In this document: piece after piece, positions 47,025 through 50,808 of the stretch
Layout of the letters: each line of letters opens with the position of its first letter
Position numbering within the stretch: position 1 is the stretch's first letter
IMG/VR virus record: IMGVR_UViG_3300034137_000033
Coordinates: 1-50,808 of that record
Strand: one strand, 5' to 3'
Source of the DNA: a virus
Lineage: Duplodnaviria; Caudoviricetes
DNA: 50,808 nucleotides
Program-made: the position numbers and the translations under genes
Notes under the pieces: generated by a model
The model's database searches: none
What the model was told of the DNA's origin: nothing
Seen by the model: only the letters and a program-made list of their open reading frames with translations

Positions 47025-48171
47025 CTAGCTCTAGTTCGTCGGGAATATTTAATTGCTGTCCAGGTACATACTCAATGTACTTTCGCTTGAGCCTGCACTC
47101 CTGAGGCTTGAATAGCGCGTCAAATATAGCATCGATGAGCTCCAGAATTTCCTTGATCATCTTTTGAACTTCGTAATCCCTTGCTGTGAACTTGATATAG
47201 ATTGGCTTTCTTCTGCGCCCGCTGACTGCGATGAATTCATAGTAGTAGATTCTAGCTCTTTCTTGGTCTTCGCTATCTCTTCTTGCAATTTCATTCTGAA
47301 GTTCACGAATGGTTTCGGGGTCATAATGTATTCCTTCCTGTGTAGTTAGTTTGTGCCAAGTCAATCTTGAGCGCTTGAGCTGTCTACCACTTATATGTTT
47401 GCCGTCAAACTCGAAACTGATCCCCTTTGGCTGGCCTTCATCATTGAGCGTGAGGTTGATGTAGACCTTCTGCTTTCTCAGGGCTCTTACGAAGTCGAAC
47501 ATGTCGCCCTGGGTTGCGTTTGTGGCTTCGATAGCACCCGCGATCTTCGCAATCATTTTGTGCTTCAGGGGCAAGTCGTTGTCGCGGACTGAAGCTTGGA
47601 GTTCAGCATGGGTGATCGAGACGCCCCAGGTGTCTTTCGGCCTTGGTGCTTTGGTGAGTCCGAAGCGGTCTTCGATCTCAGACACTGAGTCCATGCTGAC
47701 GCTTCGCTCATTACTATCTTTGACCATTGAGAACGTGTCATCGAGACGGATGCGGTTTGCGACGATGTGAACGTGCTGATGATCTTTGTCTTGATGCATT
47801 ACGGCGACGTACTGAGTCGTTTCGTCGAAGCCTAGGTCTGTCATGTACTTTGTGACCGCCTGACGCCATTGCGGGGTTGTCAGGGACTCTCCGGGGCGCA
47901 GGGACAGCATTGCGTGGAAGACCGGTTTAATGGCCTTCTCAGAGTCGATGGCGAAGCGCCTGAGCGTCTCAACCTGGTCGAATTCGCGGATCATCTCCGA
48001 AAGGTCTGACTCGTTGCCCTGCAGGACGCCTGGCAGTGGGTCTTTGCTCATAGTGTTGAAGCTGATCGTCCGGATGCCAGAGATCTCATGGTCGTGCTTC
48101 GTGCAGCCGAAAATGTAGCGGATTCGGTTTTTGAAAGAGCCTGAGGACTTCGGGAAAATCTTGCCGATCAT
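47017..48171 (-). CDS. Conjugative relaxase (HUH, MOBP-like)
   Basis: N-terminal MIGKI..GSF..RIRYI (catalytic Tyr), PVFHAMLSLRPGE, HQDKDHQHVHIVANR. Confidence 0.93.
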   Translation of the reverse strand: MIGKIFPKSSGSFKNRIRYIFGCTKHDHEISGIRTISFNTMSKDPLPGVLQGNESDLSEMIREFDQVETLRRFAIDSEKAIKPVFHAMLSLRPGESLTTPQWRQAVTKYMTDLGFDETTQYVAVMHQDKDHQHVHIVANRIRLDDTFSMVKDSNERSVSMDSVSEIEDRFGLTKAPRPKDTWGVSITHAELQASVRDNDLPLKHKMIAKIAGAIEATNATQGDMFDFVRALRKQKVYINLTLNDEGQPKGISFEFDGKHISGRQLKRSRLTWHKLTTQEGIHYDPETIRELQNEIARRDSEDQERARIYYYEFIAVSGRRRKPIYIKFTARDYEVQKMIKEILELIDAIFDALFKPQECRLKRKYIEYVPGQQLNIPDELELAI

Positions 48172-48461
48172 TTGACACCCCCCAGGTTCACTTGGGCGAT
48201 GTACTTAACTTTTTCCAGGAGCTCACTGCCGGGCCGGTCGGCGTTTATCATAGATGCGAGATTCATGAGCTCCCTGGCAATCTGAACAACGTCTTGGCTG
48301 ACCTTGGGCTTCACCTGACCGTTAGCAACGAAGTCTCTGATAAACGCGCCTGCGGACTTGTAGCCTGCTTCGGCGATCTTGGCATTCAATGTGTCGAGCT
48401 CAGTCTTATTGAGCCTTAGGGTAATGCGGGATTCTTTGTTTTGCTTCTCAATAGTTTTCAT
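48168..48461 (-). CDS. mobC: MobC-type RHH relaxosome accessory protein
   Basis: ITLRLNKTELDTL..AG..SAGAFIRD, ELMNLASMIN. ATGA overlap with the relaxase. Confidence 0.85.
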   Translation of the reverse strand: MKTIEKQNKESRITLRLNKTELDTLNAKIAEAGYKSAGAFIRDFVANGQVKPKVSQDVVQIARELMNLASMINADRPGSELLEKVKYIAQVNLGGVK

Positions 48462-48499
48462 CTTGGGTCACCTTTTATTATTTTTATTCTGAGCCCTCA

Positions 48500-48565
48500 A
48501 CGCAACACCCGAAGGGATGTGAGTATCTAGCCTTACTTGTCTGACATAGACACAACTGGCTAAAA
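48500..48565. promoter_or_regulatory. Candidate oriT
   Basis: Directly upstream of mobC. Inverted repeat TGTCT-GACAT-AGACA (48538-48552) followed by CAACTGGCTA, resembling ColE1-type nic CTGG^CTTA. Confidence 0.5.
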
Positions 48566-48651
48566 AGAAGCTCTAGACTCATTATGCAAATGGAGCTTTA
48601 GGTGGTTCTAGTGCTTTTGCTAATTATTTTGATTTATTTGTTTGTATAACT

Positions 48652-48809
48652 AAACTTTCGCAAGGTGTGAATGCGAAATCGCAGCATGGGAGTGCGAAAT
48701 CACAAAGCACTAAAGCGAATTCGCACTCATGCACTGCGATAATCACAAGGCATGACTGTGGTTTCGCTATGACTGTGTGTGAATTCGCAAGTGCATGGTG
48801 TGAAATTGA
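48652..48809. repeat. Phased array of palindromic decamers GYGAAWTCRC (21-bp period), iteron-like
   Basis: Units start at 48673, 48694, 48715, 48736, 48758, 48779 and 48800, plus a half-site at 48652. AT-rich tract at 48621-48655. Confidence 0.75.
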
Positions 48810-48816
48810 GTAAGAG

Positions 48817-50196
48817 TTACAGACTAACTTCTTTGGTATCGAGCATCTTGGTGTCGAGGTCAGCCAGGGTGGAAAGAAGACCTCGGCACACAAAGTCTTT
48901 TTCGAGGCCAGCACTGTTCAGAATCTCAGTTTCAATCTTCGTAGCTGCATCACGGATCTCTGAGAGATACGCCATTTTGTAGCCATCGGTCACGTCAACA
49001 GTCTGTCCAGCCGAATCATGGTTGCAGAGCACCTTGATGTAAAACGCACCAACACCGGCCCGCTCAGCGACTGACATGAAGCTGGCCCGCATGATTTTGC
49101 GTGGAAGATGCTGATTGATCCTGTCAGAAATCCTGCCGAGGAAGTCCCGGACATTCGACTCACTGACCTTATCCTGCTGCACTCCTGGGAAAACATAGTC
49201 ACCGGAAGAGTGCTTCATCGAGTACATCAGCTGGCAGTAAGCAGCATCGCTCAGAACAAGATGGAACTCCTTGCCGTTTTTCAGGGTGTCTTCTTCATTT
49301 GTCTTGTTGCGTTCTGGGAAAACCACCGCACGAGTTTTATGGCAGATATAGCTTCGCCGGATCTTGTTGATCTCTCCAGGCCTAACTCCCGTGAAGAGCA
49401 TAAACAAAATCGCTGCCGAGACCGGCTTGAACGATGTAGGTACATCACGAAGCGGAGGGGTCTCGGAGATTTCTACACACCCCTTAATGAACTGACCCAG
49501 ATCCTTTGGGTTGATCCGAATCTTATCGCGCTTGGTGGTATGCCATTGCTTAGTGTGTTTCATAATATCGACAGGGTTGTACTTGTAAATCGGCTCACCG
49601 ATCTCGTTTTTATACCAGACAATCGAAAACGAAAAGATACCCCGAAGGAGGCACAAGGCTTTATTAGCAGATCGCTCCCTTGGTGGGGTAACTCGTCCAT
49701 TTGGTCTTACAGCAGGTACGGTTGTCTCGTCATGGAGGTTCACAACGTCATCACTGGTAAAGCTTGAGATAGCCCTTGGGCCGTACTTCGCCTTGATGTA
49801 GTTGTTATAAGTTCGGTTGTAGTCATCAACCGTAGTCTTGGTCAGCTTCTTGCTCTTACGTCGCATGAAGTTTTCGAATGCCATGTCCAAGGTAAGGCTG
49901 TCCCGGAGAGACTTCGTTTCCTCAGCCTGCAGGATCTCATCAAGGTTCGCGTAGATCTTCTCTGCTTGCGCTCTAATCAATGGCAGTTTGGTAGTTTTGG
50001 GATTAAAAGCCTCAAGCTTGCGGCGGTGATCTTTCCCCAATACCTTCCTGACAACATAGAAGGCCTTGCCTCCAGCCTTAGTTACACGTAATACCAAGCC
50101 TTTAGTTTCAGTGTCATAGGCGAGCATATCAGCCTTACCCTCAGGGCAAACGAGTGCCTCCAGGGAAGCTTTGGTGAAGTGAATTTTCAAAGCCAC
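48817..50196 (-). CDS. int: Tyrosine integrase with N-terminal arm-binding domain
   Basis: YDTETKGLVLRVTKAGGKAF arm domain, FTGVRPGE (R), LKNGK (K), KIMR (HxxR position), LCNH, VTDGY (Y). GTG start. Confidence 0.93.
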   Translation of the reverse strand: MALKIHFTKASLEALVCPEGKADMLAYDTETKGLVLRVTKAGGKAFYVVRKVLGKDHRRKLEAFNPKTTKLPLIRAQAEKIYANLDEILQAEETKSLRDSLTLDMAFENFMRRKSKKLTKTTVDDYNRTYNNYIKAKYGPRAISSFTSDDVVNLHDETTVPAVRPNGRVTPPRERSANKALCLLRGIFSFSIVWYKNEIGEPIYKYNPVDIMKHTKQWHTTKRDKIRINPKDLGQFIKGCVEISETPPLRDVPTSFKPVSAAILFMLFTGVRPGEINKIRRSYICHKTRAVVFPERNKTNEEDTLKNGKEFHLVLSDAAYCQLMYSMKHSSGDYVFPGVQQDKVSESNVRDFLGRISDRINQHLPRKIMRASFMSVAERAGVGAFYIKVLCNHDSAGQTVDVTDGYKMAYLSEIRDAATKIETEILNSAGLEKDFVCRGLLSTLADLDTKMLDTKEVSL

Positions 50197-50222
50197 GGGG
50201 AATCCTTACGAGTCTTAACGTG

Positions 50223-50251
50223 TTGATTTGATCTGTGTTTTCGTGTCTAAT
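50223..50251 (+). promoter_or_regulatory. Putative promoter of the phage tRNA
   Basis: TTGATT-17 bp-TCTAAT followed by a GC-rich discriminator CCACCGCC. Confidence 0.45.
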
Positions 50252-50269
50252 CCACCGCCTGCTTGCACC

Positions 50270-50354
50270 GCCTCGATGGTGAAATTGGTAGACACATCGC
50301 ACTTAAAATGCGCCGCCGAAAGGTGTACCGGTTCGACTCCGGTTCGAGGCACCA
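50270..50354 (+). tRNA. Prophage-encoded intact tRNA-Leu(UAA)
   Basis: Acceptor GCCTCGA/TCGAGGC, D-stem GTG/CAC, anticodon stem CGCA/TGCG with loop CTTAAAA, variable arm CGCC-GAAA-GGTG, T-arm ACCGG-TTCGACT-CCGGT, encoded ACCA end. Confidence 0.97.
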
Positions 50355-50476
50355 TCTCTCCTGCAACACCCATCCCACCTCGCTGCACCCACCAGAATGT
50401 CATTTGCGTCTAAAGATCTAGGGACAAAATCCGTCCATCATCTGTACGTTTTATGATCAATTCCTTGGTTGGTGAG

Positions 50477-50508
50477 CCTTGGTAGCTCTTGGGAGCCGCT
50501 TGGTAGCT
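50477..50508 (+). repeat. Putative integrase arm-type sites (attR arm)
   Basis: TTGGTAGCT (50479), TTGGGAGCC (50489), TTGGTAGCT (50500). They match 259-278. Confidence 0.7.
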
Positions 50509-50681
50509 GCCACTGAAAGCCGCTCACATCTGCCAGCATCTCTCCTCAGCGCTCACCATCTCTCGGCGACCTGGCAAAGATCACTCTAAACGCCTGATAT
50601 GCCTAGTTTTTAAGCCCAAAAGCACGGTTCTCAGCTGAGCTCAGCTCTCAGCAGCTGTTCTGGGGAGAGGTAGGGCAGAAT

Positions 50682-50690
50682 GACTTAAAA
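50682..50690 (+). repeat. attR core GACTTAAAA
   Basis: Direct repeat of 119-127. Confidence 0.9.
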
Positions 50691-50736
50691 TCCCTCGTTC
50701 TAGGACGTGCCGGTTCGACCCCGGCTCGGGGCACCA
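50682..50736 (+). pseudogene. 3' half of host tRNA-Leu(UAA)
   Basis: TCCCT pairs with AGGGA (116-120), T-arm GCCGG-TTCGACC-CCGGC, TCGGGGC-ACCA pairs with GCCCCGA (89-95). Confidence 0.95.
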
Positions 50737-50746
50737 TTTATACAGC

Positions 50747-50781
50747 AAGGGTCTACCGCGATTATCGGGTAGGCCCTTTTT
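50747..50781 (+). terminator. Host tRNA intrinsic terminator
   Basis: AGGGTCTACC...GGTAGGCCCT stem followed by a T-run. Confidence 0.8.
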
Positions 50782-50808
50782 GTTTATCCGATCCGTGCAA
50801 TCAGCTCC

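Larger units (their letters stand above)
119..50690. mobile_element. Temperate prophage (siphovirus-type tail) carrying a mobilisation module, integrated in tRNA-Leu(UAA)
   Basis: Flanked by the direct repeat GACTTAAAA and the two tRNA halves. Integrase at the right end, excisionase-like gene at the left end, full head/tail/lysis gene set. Confidence 0.95.

Noticed and set aside
48652-48809. CRISPR array
   Set aside because: 10-bp degenerate repeats with 11-bp spacers are far too short, and there are no cas genes
48624-48914. 96-aa minus-strand ORF over the repeat array
   Set aside because: Its periodic CDFA-like sequence simply reflects the DNA repeats, it overlaps int and it lacks an RBS
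47017-50196. Self-transmissible ICE
   Set aside because: No VirB4, coupling protein or pilus genes in the element, so it is at most mobilisable
50361-50370. CTGCAACACC shared with the host tRNA leader (79-88), as an alternative att site
   Set aside because: The tRNA halves define the crossover at GACTTAAAA. This 10-mer lies downstream of the phage tRNA and may be chance or a processing-context relic.
50215-50413. ORFs 50215-50403 (-) and 50228-50413 (+)
   Set aside because: They overlap the intact tRNA gene and are spurious translations
89-50736. Group I intron in tRNA-Leu(UAA), as in cyanobacteria and plastids
   Set aside because: The insert is 50 kb, has a 9-bp target duplication and an integrase, and shows no ribozyme core at the junctions

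Overview
This window is almost entirely one ~50.6 kb temperate prophage (about 119-50690). The host is probably a Pseudomonas (inferred from an MvaT-type H-NS homologue and rulAB/umuDC-like genes). The prophage is inserted in the anticodon loop of a host tRNA-Leu(UAA) gene at a 9-bp core, GACTTAAAA. The host tRNA is not rebuilt: its 5' half (89-127) and 3' half (50682-50736) lie 50 kb apart, and the element carries its own intact, covariation-diverged tRNA-Leu(UAA) (50270-50354) next to the tyrosine integrase. Virion genes look complete: terminase, portal, scaffold, P22-like coat, Mu-like neck, siphovirus tail with frameshifted chaperone and tape measure, and a holin/SAR endolysin/Rz-Rz1 lysis cassette. 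Unusual extras: (1) a MobC-relaxase pair with a candidate oriT but no T4SS; (2) a 21-bp-phased array of palindromic decamers beside an AT-rich tract; (3) a divergent primase(+DUF669-like)/SF2 origin-binding-helicase pair with mirror-image promoters; (4) two related palindrome-AT-palindrome elements almost exactly half a genome apart; (5) an AATAATAAG leader motif before many genes; (6) no recognisable CI repressor; (7) several defence-like cargo genes. All protein calls come from motif recognition by eye, not database searches.
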